A DNA stretch of 64,000 nucleotides from an uncultured Bulleidia sp. (lineage in GTDB: Bacteria; Bacillota_I; Bacilli_A; Erysipelotrichales; Erysipelotrichaceae): the NCBI GenBank assembly GCA_934754415.1, contig CAKVIS010000002.1, forward strand, positions 17,018-81,017. Reading direction: 5' to 3'. Position 1 is the stretch's first letter, and each line of letters begins with the position of its first letter. The notes beneath the pieces are model-generated. The model made no database searches. It was given only the letters and a program-made list of their open reading frames with translations, and was not told the DNA's origin. Positions 37,532-47,969 of the stretch are shown here, piece after piece. Position numbers and translations under genes: made by a program.

Positions 37532-39078
37532 GCTTTATCCTCCTCAGTCACATTACGTTTTGCACCGGACATATATAAGCCCAGTTCTTCCACTGTAGTT
37601 TTTTTAGGATCCAGATCTCCGACAATTCTGCCTTCATACATCACAAGAATTCTGTCAGACAGATTCATGACTTCTTCCAGTTCCAAAGAAACCAGCAGCA
37701 CCGCATCACCCTTATCTCTTCTTTTGACGATTTCAGAATGAATAAATTCAATAGCACCTACATCAAGACCTCTGGTCGGCTGTACAGCTATCAGCAATTC
37801 ATGATTTCTGTCCATTTCACGTGCAACAATTACTTTCTGCTGATTACCACCTGACATCTGTCTTGTAATGGTATCGGAGCCACTGGAACAGCGCACATCA
37901 TATTCTTCAATCAGTTTATCTGAATACTCATGAATATTCTTTTTCTTTAAGAATCCTGCTTTATTGGTAAATTCAGGTTCAAAGTATCTCTGCAATACCA
38001 TGTTATAGGCAATGGAATAATCCTGCACAAGACCATGCTTTAATCTGTCTTCAGGAATATGAGACATTTTGGAATTCTTCTCACGGATAGATTTTTTGGT
38101 GACATCTTCCCCATCCATGAATACCTGTCCGCTTTCCACAGCATCCAGACCTGTAATACCATATACAAGCTCTGTCTGACCATTTCCATCAATCCCGGCA
38201 ATACAGACGATTTCGCCTTTTCGCACTTTAAAGCTGACATGATCGACCGCATTCTTATGATGAAGCCTGGATTTTACAACAAGATCCTTCACTTCCAGCA
38301 CAACATCGGAAGGTCTGGCTTCTTCTTTCTGCACAACAAGCTGTACATCTCTTCCAACCATCATTCTGGAAAGTTCCTTCACAGTCGTTGTTGAAGCATC
38401 TACGGTACCAATACATTTACCTCTTCTTAAAACCGTGATTTTATCCGCCACTTCCATGATTTCATTCAGTTTATGGGAAATAAACAAAATGGATTTTCCT
38501 TCTGATGCAAGATTCTTCATGATCTGCATCAATTCTTCAATTTCCTGAGGAGTCAATACAGCTGTTGGTTCATCAAAAATCAGAATATCATTATCTCTGA
38601 ACAACATTTTTAATATCTCTGTTCTTTGCTGCATACCAACAGAGATATCTTCGATTTTTGCGTCAAGATCAACATGCAGACCATATCGTTTACTTAATTC
38701 CATGACCTTTTCACGTGCACACTTTGTCTGTAAAATTCCATTCTTTGTTTCTTCAACACCAAGAATAATATTTTCCAGCACTGAAAAGCACTGTACCAGT
38801 TTAAAATGCTGATGAACCATACCGATACCTAATGCATTGGCATCATTAGGATTTTTGATAGATACCTCTTTCCCGTTAATGCAGATTTTCCCTTCTTCTG
38901 CCTGATACAAGCCAAAAAGAACGGACATCAACGTGGATTTACCTGCACCATTTTCTCCCAGTAACGCATGAATTTCTCCGGGTTTTACCTGCAGAGTAAT
39001 ATCATCATTTGCTACAATGTTTGGAAAACGTTTGGTGATATGCAACATTTCTATTGCATAAGGTACTGAATTTTCCAT
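37528..39078 (-). CDS. ABC transporter ATP-binding protein with duplicated ABC domains (NupO/YufO-like)
   Basis: 516 aa with two Walker A / signature sets (GENGAGKST ...). Confidence 0.9.
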   Translation of the reverse strand: MENSVPYAIEMLHITKRFPNIVANDDITLQVKPGEIHALLGENGAGKSTLMSVLFGLYQAEEGKICINGKEVSIKNPNDANALGIGMVHQHFKLVQCFSVLENIILGVEETKNGILQTKCAREKVMELSKRYGLHVDLDAKIEDISVGMQQRTEILKMLFRDNDILIFDEPTAVLTPQEIEELMQIMKNLASEGKSILFISHKLNEIMEVADKITVLRRGKCIGTVDASTTTVKELSRMMVGRDVQLVVQKEEARPSDVVLEVKDLVVKSRLHHKNAVDHVSFKVRKGEIVCIAGIDGNGQTELVYGITGLDAVESGQVFMDGEDVTKKSIREKNSKMSHIPEDRLKHGLVQDYSIAYNMVLQRYFEPEFTNKAGFLKKKNIHEYSDKLIEEYDVRCSSGSDTITRQMSGGNQQKVIVAREMDRNHELLIAVQPTRGLDVGAIEFIHSEIVKRRDKGDAVLLVSLELEEVMNLSDRILVMYEGRIVGDLDPKKTTVEELGLYMSGAKRNVTEEDKA

Positions 39079-39142
39079 AATAACTCCTCCATTTTCTTAT
39101 GAATTATTTTATTCTATTTTCATATATATTTGCACTTAATTT

Positions 39143-40276
39143 TTACACTTTACAGGTGGAGGAAGAAATCTCTGTCCCTTTCTTTAAGGTCCCTGCCACA
39201 TCCAGCAAACCATATCTGCCAGTATATTTTACATAGGATTTTCCCTGATAAAGAGCAGTCACATCTTCAAAGATAAACTCCGTCACTTCTGTACCGGTTT
39301 CATCTATAAACCCCCATTCCCCGTCTTTCATGACAGGACAATAGCCATCTTCAAACCACAGTACATCCTGATATGGTTCCGCATTGATAATTTCACCTGT
39401 TTCAAGACTGACAATATCTTTAGATGCAATATCCTTTGAATATATATCCGTCATGCAGGTAATGTCCACAGGTTCATGTGCAGTCACATAATATCCATTT
39501 ACAAGAGTATCTGTATTCTGGATACCATTGCAAGGTACATAATCGTAAATCTGTAAAATATTACCCTCATTATCCATTTTTGCCATACCTGTCCAGACAT
39601 CATCTGTAAAATTCGTACAGTTGTCTACTACCGGCACATAACAGATATCCGGAAGATTCAGATACGATACATCCACCTCTTTAAATGGTTTGATGAAAGA
39701 TGCGTCTTCATACATATACATGTTATAGATAAAAACTTCCTGATGCATCACAAACGGATGAAACGGATAATCTCCTGCCATCATACCATGGGTTATTTCT
39801 TCCCCTGCAGTCAAATCCTGATCCAGCTGATAAAGGACACCGTTTTGTTTTACGATATAAGAATAATATTCCTTTGCCTCAAGAGGATTCTTTTCCCCTG
39901 AACAACTCTGTAAAGGTTCTATATCTTTTAACAGAACAGCACCTGTATCGTCCAGAATGGCATACGTTCCATTTAAGGTACAGGTAAACATATTTGAAGG
40001 ATACTCAACATCGACAATATCCGATGTATGATTCTGCCAGGAGGAAGAATATCCTGTCATTTCAAGATACCAGCATGCTCTGGAAGGCTGTCTGTAATAT
40101 CCCTGTATTACATTATCTATGTTTTCGTATTCTAAAGAAGGCTCTATAGCCCATATCACCTTATGTAAAATACCTGCGGGTTCTTTATCAGATTGCACAA
40201 CAGTATTTGAAGCACAGGCTGTACACAAAGAGACCATGACAGGTATAACGTATGATTTCACTATTTTGGATGGCAT
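39143..40276 (-). CDS. lipoprotein with WG-type repeats
   Basis: Signal peptide plus lipobox (VSLCTAC). Repeated motifs include KDGEWGFIDETGTEV and RYGLLDVAG. It is inserted between the substrate-binding-protein gene and the ATPase gene of the operon. Confidence 0.5.
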   Translation of the reverse strand: MPSKIVKSYVIPVMVSLCTACASNTVVQSDKEPAGILHKVIWAIEPSLEYENIDNVIQGYYRQPSRACWYLEMTGYSSSWQNHTSDIVDVEYPSNMFTCTLNGTYAILDDTGAVLLKDIEPLQSCSGEKNPLEAKEYYSYIVKQNGVLYQLDQDLTAGEEITHGMMAGDYPFHPFVMHQEVFIYNMYMYEDASFIKPFKEVDVSYLNLPDICYVPVVDNCTNFTDDVWTGMAKMDNEGNILQIYDYVPCNGIQNTDTLVNGYYVTAHEPVDITCMTDIYSKDIASKDIVSLETGEIINAEPYQDVLWFEDGYCPVMKDGEWGFIDETGTEVTEFIFEDVTALYQGKSYVKYTGRYGLLDVAGTLKKGTEISSSTCKV

Positions 40277-40361
40277 ATTTTTTCCTGTTTTCTACTAACA
40301 TTATAGGGGAAATCACAAAAAAAAGAAGATAAGATTTCTCTTATCTTCCCAAACATGTCAA

Positions 40362-41507
40362 TTACTTGATATTGCCTTCAAATTCAACATGAGCAACTGT
40401 GGACATATCTGTATCTACTGCATTATCAATCTTAATCTTGCCATTGTAGATATCAGCCACAAGTGCCTTGTAATCATCTTCTGTGAAGTTATCACCAAAC
40501 TGTGTGCTGGATGGTAACTGAACATAGTTTTCTTCTGGATTTTCAGAAACAAGACCGAGGTTCATCAGCTTGCCACTGTATTCGTCCCATTTACCGTCAT
40601 GAATAGCTGTTAATAATGTTTCTACAGTTGCAGAAAGACCCTTCATAGCAGAAGTAACTGTTAAGCCTTCACCGTATTTACCATCAATTGTAGGAGCCTG
40701 GTCAACGTCAACACCGATAACCTTGCCGTTTGTCTTAACAGCAGCTTCAGCAGCAGATGTATAGATAGCACCTCCACAAGCAAATACTAATTCTGTTCCG
40801 CCACCATACCATGTGTCCATACGAGCTGTAATATCCGCATCACCAAAGAACTGGTTACCATATGCATATTTGATTTCAAGATCCTTTACACCCATTTCTT
40901 CAGCAGCAGCGTTAGCACCCTGAACGAAACCATATCCATAACGGATAACTGCAGGTACTGCCATACCACCTAAGAAACCTAACTTCTTGTAGCCTAACTT
41001 AACAGCAGCTACGCCAGCCATGTAGCCGGCAATTTCTTCCTGATATACTGCACAGAATACATTATCACTCTGCCAGTCAGTTTCTCCGGAAGCGGAATCC
41101 AGATCAAACTGAGATACATCCAATGCCACAAACTTTGTGTCAGGATATGTACCAGCTTCATCAACTACGCTCTTTGCAAATGCATATCCAGGCATAACGA
41201 TAACGTTGTAACCTTCTTCAATAGCCTTTTCAATAGAAGACTCTCTGTCTGCGTCGGAGTCACTTGCCGGTTTGTAATAGTTGAATTCCACACCGTTCTT
41301 TTCACTCCATGCCTTTGCACTTTCATAAGTTGTCTGGTTAAAAGACTGGTCAGTAATGTCACCATAGTCAGTGATCATTGCTACCTTCATGTCGGATGCT
41401 GATTTATCAGAATCAGAACCCTTGTTTGCATCAGAATCAGAGCCACCACATGCTACTAAGGATAAGCTCATTACTCCTGCAAGAGATGCTTTTAGTAATT
41501 TTTTCAT
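40362..41507 (-). CDS. BMP-family ABC substrate-binding lipoprotein (PnrA/nucleoside-binding type)
   Basis: Lipobox LVACGG followed by an S/D-rich linker, then the BMP fold. It is the first gene of the operon, and a terminator follows at 40296..40330. Confidence 0.85.
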   Translation of the reverse strand: MKKLLKASLAGVMSLSLVACGGSDSDANKGSDSDKSASDMKVAMITDYGDITDQSFNQTTYESAKAWSEKNGVEFNYYKPASDSDADRESSIEKAIEEGYNVIVMPGYAFAKSVVDEAGTYPDTKFVALDVSQFDLDSASGETDWQSDNVFCAVYQEEIAGYMAGVAAVKLGYKKLGFLGGMAVPAVIRYGYGFVQGANAAAEEMGVKDLEIKYAYGNQFFGDADITARMDTWYGGGTELVFACGGAIYTSAAEAAVKTNGKVIGVDVDQAPTIDGKYGEGLTVTSAMKGLSATVETLLTAIHDGKWDEYSGKLMNLGLVSENPEENYVQLPSSTQFGDNFTEDDYKALVADIYNGKIKIDNAVDTDMSTVAHVEFEGNIK

Positions 41508-41667
41508 TATGATTACTTTCCTTCCCGCGTTTTCGCTACCCTTATTCTAGAATGTATTGAAAGCGATTGCAAATGTATTCCTTCTTTTTTTTGCTATTCC
41601 TTAACATTTCTTTGATGTTAACTTCTGAGTTTCTAGTATAATTGTGCATGCCCGGGAGTGAATATAT

Positions 41668-43029
41668 ATGGAAAAAGTAAATATAGTAAAAATGGGAATC
41701 AATGGTGAAGGCATTGGTTACCTGAATAAAAAACCAATCTTTGTCAGTGGTGCTCTTCCAAAGGAGTACGTTGATGTATATGTTACGGAAGAAAATCCGA
41801 CGTATGCCAAAGGTTCTGCTTCACACATTATTGAGGCAAGTAAAGATCGCATTTCCCCACAGTGTAAACATCAGAAAGAATGCGGCGGATGTGCTCTTGG
41901 AATCCTCAACTATAAATCACAGTGTTATTACAAAAAGACACTGCTGACAGAAGCTTTATATAAATATGCACATATACGTAAGGAACTTGTTAGAGAAGTA
42001 CATACCAACAGAGTAACAAAAGGATATCGCAATCAATGTAAGATGCCTGTACAGGAAAGTCATCACAGACTGACATGTGGTCTGTATGAAGCTGGCACCA
42101 ATCACTTCAAACCAATGGACAAGTGTCTTGTACAGGATAAACAGCTGGAAGAGGTGCGCTCCAATATACTGAAAGTCTTAAACAAAGCACACTTTCCTGC
42201 GTATGACGCAAGAAAAATGAAAGGTCTTCGTTATCTTGTCATCCGCACCATTGACAATCAGAGTCAGTGTACTTTAATTACAGGCAAAGATACTTTAAGC
42301 GAAAAACTGATTGAAGATATCTATGCCATAGATTCCGTACAGTCTGTTTTCCAGTCCATCAACACACAGAGAAAAGGTGTGGATATCTTTGGAAGTAAAG
42401 TCAGACTGTTAAAAGGTGAAGAAACACTTCAAACCACATGGGATGATTTCTCCATCTCCCTCTCTCCAAGATCTTTCCTGCAGTTAAATACAGAAATGGC
42501 AAAAGAACTCTATTCCATGGTTATCAGTAAAGTGGACCCATGTGAAACACTTGTTGAAGCCTATTGCGGTATCGGTTTAATGTCCTTACTTGCAAGTAAG
42601 AAAGCCCAGCATGTCATTGGTATTGAATCTATTCCTGAAGCTATTGAAAATGCAAAAGTAATTGCGGAAGAAAACCACATAGAAAATGTAGAATATCTTC
42701 TTGATGATGCGGCTGAAGGGTTACAGAAAGTTCTGCAAAAGACAAATGTCAATACACTGCTTGTTGACCCTCCTCGTTCCGGTATGGATGATGCCATGCT
42801 GGAAACAATTCTGTCTTCCTCCATTGAAAAGATTATTTATGTATCCTGCAACCCTGCAACACTCGCAAGAAATCTGAAGGTACTAAAGAAAAACTATCAG
42901 GTGCTGACAGTTATTCCTTATGACCTGTTTCCAAATACACCACACATTGAAAGTATTACGGTCTTGTCACGAAACGGTGTAAAGTCTGGAAAGAAAGCTA
43001 AAAAATATGAAGTACCAGTTACAGAATAA
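41668..43029 (+). CDS. 23S rRNA (uracil-C5)-methyltransferase RlmD/RumA family (TRAM plus Fe-S plus MTase)
   Basis: TRAM N-terminus and a Cys cluster (CKHQKECGGCAL). The C-terminal region VDPPRSG and the nucleophile context SCNP are present. Confidence 0.85.
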   Translation: MEKVNIVKMGINGEGIGYLNKKPIFVSGALPKEYVDVYVTEENPTYAKGSASHIIEASKDRISPQCKHQKECGGCALGILNYKSQCYYKKTLLTEALYKYAHIRKELVREVHTNRVTKGYRNQCKMPVQESHHRLTCGLYEAGTNHFKPMDKCLVQDKQLEEVRSNILKVLNKAHFPAYDARKMKGLRYLVIRTIDNQSQCTLITGKDTLSEKLIEDIYAIDSVQSVFQSINTQRKGVDIFGSKVRLLKGEETLQTTWDDFSISLSPRSFLQLNTEMAKELYSMVISKVDPCETLVEAYCGIGLMSLLASKKAQHVIGIESIPEAIENAKVIAEENHIENVEYLLDDAAEGLQKVLQKTNVNTLLVDPPRSGMDDAMLETILSSSIEKIIYVSCNPATLARNLKVLKKNYQVLTVIPYDLFPNTPHIESITVLSRNGVKSGKKAKKYEVPVTE

Positions 43030-43900
43030 CCGTCTTGATATCTTTATTGATGCACGTTTCCTGCGTAAACCACTTTCTTCATTCTTTGAAGAATACTGTA
43101 TTTCAAAATCCACACGATACAGATACATGATGGAAAATCGTATTCTGATTCAGAATACCCCTGTCAGGCAGGATACCCGTGTGTTTCAGAAAGAGGATGT
43201 CTTAACAATACTGTTACCTGAAGAAGGCATTGACTGGAGTCCTTCTGAGACTCCCTGTACAGTCATTTATGAAAACACATTTGTTTTTGTAGTGCATAAA
43301 GAAGCCGGCATTCCCATCCATACAGAAAAACAGGATACCAACTGTCTGAATGCACAGGTGGCCAGATGGGCAATGGATAAAGGTTATCGTTTTCCCATAC
43401 GACCTGTACACAGACTGGATGTGGATACGACCGGGCTTCTTCTGTACAGTAAGATACCATTCTTTCAGCCATGGCTGGATCAGCAGCTTGCTTCTAAAAA
43501 GATATCCAGAAAGTATCTTGCCATCACAAATGGTGCCCCTTTAAAACCACATACAGTTTTTACTTGTAACGATTGTATAGGAAAAGACAGGCATCGTTCC
43601 AATGTGTACCGTGTTTCTCCAACCGGAAAAACAGCTTCCACAACTGTAGAAGCACTGACCTATAAAAATGGATTTCAATTGTTGCAATGTACATTATTAA
43701 CAGGAAGAACTCATCAGATTCGTGTTCACCTGTCTCATCGTGAATATCCCATCGTCAATGATCCACTGTATGGTCATCCTTCCAAACACTTTTTGAAAAT
43801 GGGATTATGGGCAAATGAAATTACGTTCAAAGATCCTCTCACAAATAAAAAACATCGTATACAGGATATACCAAACAAGGATTACTCTTTCTTCGAGTAA
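43007..43900 (+). CDS. RluA-family pseudouridine synthase
   Basis: The catalytic motif HRLDVDTTGLLLYSK is present, with an S4-like N-terminus. The start may be the downstream Met (MMENR). Confidence 0.8.
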   Translation: MKYQLQNNRLDIFIDARFLRKPLSSFFEEYCISKSTRYRYMMENRILIQNTPVRQDTRVFQKEDVLTILLPEEGIDWSPSETPCTVIYENTFVFVVHKEAGIPIHTEKQDTNCLNAQVARWAMDKGYRFPIRPVHRLDVDTTGLLLYSKIPFFQPWLDQQLASKKISRKYLAITNGAPLKPHTVFTCNDCIGKDRHRSNVYRVSPTGKTASTTVEALTYKNGFQLLQCTLLTGRTHQIRVHLSHREYPIVNDPLYGHPSKHFLKMGLWANEITFKDPLTNKKHRIQDIPNKDYSFFE

Positions 43901-43911
43901 TCCTTGTTTTT

Positions 43912-44718
43912 TCAGGCGATATGTAATTGTTCCAGCATCTTGGCAACACCATCATTTTCACAGCTGTCTGCTACCAGATCTGCATATTTCTGTACATCAT
44001 CTTTGGCATTCTTCATCGCTACACCAATCTTTGCCTTTTCAATCATGCATGTATCATTTCCAGCATCTCCAAAAGCAATAACATTATCCCATGTCCATCC
44101 ATGGTCTTTTAACACTCTTTCAATAGCCGTAGTTTTATTGATATCTTTCAAGAATACATCAAATCCATTTCTGACAGACCAGGCAAACACAAGATCCGGC
44201 ATAGAAGAGACATAAGGAAGTAATTTTTCATACTCTCCAATAATAAATGTGCCTAATGGGTATCCATACTTTTCATGATGAGAACATGTCGCATCATCAT
44301 TGATAATCAATGAGCGTTCATGATCATTATGCGCATATTCACGGATAAACAAATCATAGTTGGCATAGGTGACAATCGCATCTTCAAATTTAAATCCAAG
44401 TCCTGTACCTGTTTCCTTACACATGTCAGTGATTGCTTCCATGGTTTCTTTGGACATAGGATGTTTTTCAATAACTGTGCCGTCTCTTTTGACCAGACAC
44501 GCTCCGTTAATGGTTCCTATAACATCCATATCCAGATCTTTAAAGAAACTTTCAGGAAGTAACGTATAATGCCTTCCTGTACATATCAGAATGGTATATC
44601 CGTTTTGTTTTGCTTTATGAAAAGCTTCTACGGTGCGTAAAGATAACGCATTCTTACCTGCAGGCAGAATTGTTCCGTCCACATCACATACAATTAGTTT
44701 AATAGTCTCTATATTCAT
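43912..44718 (-). CDS. Cof-type HAD-IIB phosphatase
   Basis: Motif I LIVCDVDGTIL and the C-terminal region GDAGNDTCM are present. Confidence 0.85.
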   Translation of the reverse strand: MNIETIKLIVCDVDGTILPAGKNALSLRTVEAFHKAKQNGYTILICTGRHYTLLPESFFKDLDMDVIGTINGACLVKRDGTVIEKHPMSKETMEAITDMCKETGTGLGFKFEDAIVTYANYDLFIREYAHNDHERSLIINDDATCSHHEKYGYPLGTFIIGEYEKLLPYVSSMPDLVFAWSVRNGFDVFLKDINKTTAIERVLKDHGWTWDNVIAFGDAGNDTCMIEKAKIGVAMKNAKDDVQKYADLVADSCENDGVAKMLEQLHIA

Positions 44719-44755
44719 GATTTCATCACTCCTTTATGGTACAATGATTACACTT

Positions 44756-44829
44756 GTGTTCGTGGCGCAATTGGATAGCGCATTTGATTCCGAATCAAAA
44801 GGTTGTGGGTTCGATTCCCATCGAGCACA
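44756..44829 (+). tRNA. tRNA-Arg (anticodon CCG)
   Basis: Manual fold of 74 nt: acceptor GTGTTCG/CGAGCAC, D-arm GCGC-aattggata-GCGC, anticodon stem TTTGA/TCAAA with loop TTCCGAA (CCG), T-arm GTGGG-TTCGATT-CCCAT, discriminator A. No CCA is encoded. An extended -10 TGgTACAAT lies 10 nt upstream. Confidence 0.8.
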
Positions 44830-44835
44830 CTTTTT

Positions 44836-45747
44836 TTATTCTTCCGGATACTTCATATCCTTTCTCTGTCCGTCTTTACAAATTACTGCAGCTGGGAAAA
44901 TAGCTTTGATTTTTTCAGCATATTCTTCAGGATACGGCATAGAAGGAGAATAATGTGTCAGCCAGAGTTCTTTTACATTTCCATTACTGGCCAGCGTAGC
45001 TGTTTCACTCATCATGCTATGGTAATTCAATCTGGCTTTTTCCAGCTTTTCCTCATCCCCATACATTCCCTCACCAATATACAAATCTGCATCCTGCACA
45101 TATTTTTCAAGTAAAGGTACTGGTCTTGTATCAGTACAGTACACAACTTTCAGTCCTTTTCTTTCTTTACCAAGTACCATGTCAGGTGTATACAGAATGC
45201 CATCCAGTTCTACGGATTCTCCTTTTTGAAGAATATTCCAGCATTTTAACGGAACCTGATTTCTTTGAGCTTTTTCTCTGTCAAATACAGGAAGTCTTTC
45301 AGCATAGATACTGTATCCATAACAAGGTACTTTATGTTTGACCGCAAAGGCAGTAATCTTTAGCCCTGCAATATCCAGTACTTCCTCTTTTTCTGTCAGT
45401 TCTCTGTATCTGATTTCAAAAGGAATATATCTTGCCAGCAGTAAAACTCCCTGTATGATTTCTTTCAGATTCTTCGGTCCTATGATTTCCACCGGTTCAG
45501 TTCTGTCTGACTTTGCCATGGAAAGCAATAAGCCAGGAAGCCCTGCGGTATGGTCTGCATGATAATGTGTCAGAAGAATGGTATCTATATGTTTACAGGA
45601 AATGCCTTCCTTATGTAATGCGATCTGGGTACCTTCCCCGCAGTCAATCAATACCTGTTTTCCTTTATAGTTCAATAAACAAGCTGTCAAAGCTCTATTT
45701 GGTAAAGGGACGGTTCCTCCAGTCCCCAGCAAACAAACATCTAACAT
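44836..45747 (-). CDS. rnz: ribonuclease Z
   Basis: 303 aa with the metallo-beta-lactamase motif LLTHYHADHTAGLPGLL. Confidence 0.9.
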   Translation of the reverse strand: MLDVCLLGTGGTVPLPNRALTACLLNYKGKQVLIDCGEGTQIALHKEGISCKHIDTILLTHYHADHTAGLPGLLLSMAKSDRTEPVEIIGPKNLKEIIQGVLLLARYIPFEIRYRELTEKEEVLDIAGLKITAFAVKHKVPCYGYSIYAERLPVFDREKAQRNQVPLKCWNILQKGESVELDGILYTPDMVLGKERKGLKVVYCTDTRPVPLLEKYVQDADLYIGEGMYGDEEKLEKARLNYHSMMSETATLASNGNVKELWLTHYSPSMPYPEEYAEKIKAIFPAAVICKDGQRKDMKYPEE

Positions 45748-45809
45748 TTTTTCTCCTTCAGTCTGTAGGTATTATACACAAAATAAGAAGCACGTCTTAG
45801 TGCTTCTCA

Positions 45810-47447
45810 TCAAATGTCTTTCATGATCTCAGACAGTTTTGGCATCAGTTGCTGTTTACGTGAAATGATGCGTGTATCAAATCCGGAATGATCATCAAAC
45901 TGTGTTTCCAGAATATCACCAAGTACATACGACAGAGGTCCGTAATATACGAATAAAGAACCTCCTCCCATCACATCTGTAAATAACATGACCAGAATAT
46001 CCAGGCCGTTGCTTGCCTGTTCCTTCTGAAGATTCTCCTTGAATTCCGGAAGAATTTTCTGTACCTCCTCCATATGGGAATAGTTTGTCTGACCTATGGC
46101 AAAACTGTACTTTCCAATCTCATAGGTCTTTAAGTCTCTGTACAGAATTTCATGCGGAGTAGAATCTTTCAAAGAGACAGAAGCACTCAGCATTTCTCTT
46201 GCATAGGCATCAATATCTTCTATACCGGCAATCTTTGCAAGCCATTTGGCTGTTGTATGATCCTGAGAAGTTGTAGTAGTACTCTTAAAATTCAAAGTAT
46301 CGGACAGAATAGCACTTAACAACAATCCGGCCATATCTTTATCTGGTAAAATACCGTTTTCCTGATACATATCCGCAATGATTGTACAAGTGGAACCCAG
46401 CCTCTGGTTTCTGTACAGCACAGGCTGATCAGTAGTGATTCCACCAATATGATGATGGTCAATAATTGCGACAATATCCGCATTTTCAATATGATTCACC
46501 GTCTGATTAAGAGCACTGTGGTCTACCAGAACGAACTTTCGTTTTTCATAGTTTCTTGTATGGTAACGGGATACACCGCCTACAACATTGCCATCATCAT
46601 CCACCACAGGGTAGGAACGCACACGGCTTTTAATCATTTTTGCAGCTACGTCTTCCACAAATTCCGACTCATTATACGTAATGAGATCTCTTGTCATCAC
46701 TTCTTCCACACTGTAGCTTTCTGTGATAACTCTGGCGGTATGCATGGTGTCTTTATCCGTTTCAATAATCGCCACGTGATTATTCTTTGCTTTTTCAAGA
46801 ATTGTTTCAGAGGCATGAGTACCACAGGTCAAGACGATACATGCCACCTTTTCATCTACCAGCATGGACTGTTTTTCTTCTCCGCCGGATAAAATGGAAA
46901 TACCATTTTTCAGGTTATATAACAAAGCTTCCGTTCCATCCAGAGAAATAATATGCACATTCCCGTTGGAATGGAAACGCTCTGGTGCAAAGATGACCTT
47001 ACCTCCTACTGTTTTGGCAATATTGCCAATGGAGCATGTACTCATCAGCTGTACAAGATCCGCATCTTTATGAATACGTACGTATGAAAGATCTGAAGAG
47101 GTACAGATACCCACAAGGTTTCCGTTACCATCCTGTACATACAGAGAACGGTTTTTTGTCTGTAACATCATATGCCAGGCATGATGTACCGTTTCATTCT
47201 GAGGAATCATAGTCGGTTCATCGAGGGCAATATCTCTCAGATGTGCTCTAGCATCTGTCAGTAACAGCGGGTTTTCCTGATGAAATCTTTTCAGTATAAA
47301 CTTCGTTTCTTCATTTAAAGGACCCTGTCTGCAGGCAATTGCCTGTTTACCGGTTCTGTTCAGCAAATCACTGTAAGTGATAGCTGCACAGATAGAGTCA
47401 CTATCCGGATGTTTATGTCCTATAACATAAGTAGAATGATTAACCAT
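45810..47447 (-). CDS. CBS-domain-containing family II (DHH/DHHA2) inorganic pyrophosphatase
   Basis: 545 aa. The DHH motif VIGHKHPDSDSICAA is followed by a CBS-pair insert and a DHHA2 C-terminus. Confidence 0.8.
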   Translation of the reverse strand: MVNHSTYVIGHKHPDSDSICAAITYSDLLNRTGKQAIACRQGPLNEETKFILKRFHQENPLLLTDARAHLRDIALDEPTMIPQNETVHHAWHMMLQTKNRSLYVQDGNGNLVGICTSSDLSYVRIHKDADLVQLMSTCSIGNIAKTVGGKVIFAPERFHSNGNVHIISLDGTEALLYNLKNGISILSGGEEKQSMLVDEKVACIVLTCGTHASETILEKAKNNHVAIIETDKDTMHTARVITESYSVEEVMTRDLITYNESEFVEDVAAKMIKSRVRSYPVVDDDGNVVGGVSRYHTRNYEKRKFVLVDHSALNQTVNHIENADIVAIIDHHHIGGITTDQPVLYRNQRLGSTCTIIADMYQENGILPDKDMAGLLLSAILSDTLNFKSTTTTSQDHTTAKWLAKIAGIEDIDAYAREMLSASVSLKDSTPHEILYRDLKTYEIGKYSFAIGQTNYSHMEEVQKILPEFKENLQKEQASNGLDILVMLFTDVMGGGSLFVYYGPLSYVLGDILETQFDDHSGFDTRIISRKQQLMPKLSEIMKDI

Positions 47448-47455
47448 ATATACTC

Positions 47456-47965
47456 CTAATACACCATGGAAAATACATCGGTACGTATATCTTTATCTTC
47501 TGTATTCTCCATGTCTTTTCTTCCTATGGCAAGTGCCCCTACACACATATAGCCTTCAGGTACACCTAAAGCAGAAGGAAGTTCCTGATATTGTCTGGCA
47601 TTACACACATCTACCGGATACTGTAAAAAACACGTACCAAGACCTCTTGCCATTGCTGCATACTGCATATTGGCAAAGGCAAGTGCAGTATCCATAACAG
47701 GAGAGTGTGCCTGTAAATTTGCAAAACCTATCACTACAAGCGGTGCCCCATGGCTCTGTCCTTTTGCATCACATAACTCTTCCATCTGAGAAAGAATATC
47801 TCTGTTTTGGATAAACACAAAAAACCATGGCTGTTCGTTATGATAGCTTGGTGCGCATTCCACTGCTTTCTGTAATACTTCAATATCTTCATCCTGCAAG
47901 GATTCCTGTCTGAACTTTCTGCAGGATCTCCTTGCATATACACACTGTAAAATATCCTGTTCCAT
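47456..47965 (-). CDS. nitroreductase-family protein
   Basis: 169 aa with the FMN-binding pattern YARRSCRKF. Confidence 0.8.
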   Translation of the reverse strand: MEQDILQCVYARRSCRKFRQESLQDEDIEVLQKAVECAPSYHNEQPWFFVFIQNRDILSQMEELCDAKGQSHGAPLVVIGFANLQAHSPVMDTALAFANMQYAAMARGLGTCFLQYPVDVCNARQYQELPSALGVPEGYMCVGALAIGRKDMENTEDKDIRTDVFSMVY

Positions 47966-47969
47966 AAGC

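Noticed and set aside
44633-45114. The protein ORFs 44633..44953 and 44803..45114 on the + strand.
   Set aside because: They overlap a well-folding tRNA-Arg(CCG) and the antisense strand of rnz, and are therefore spurious.
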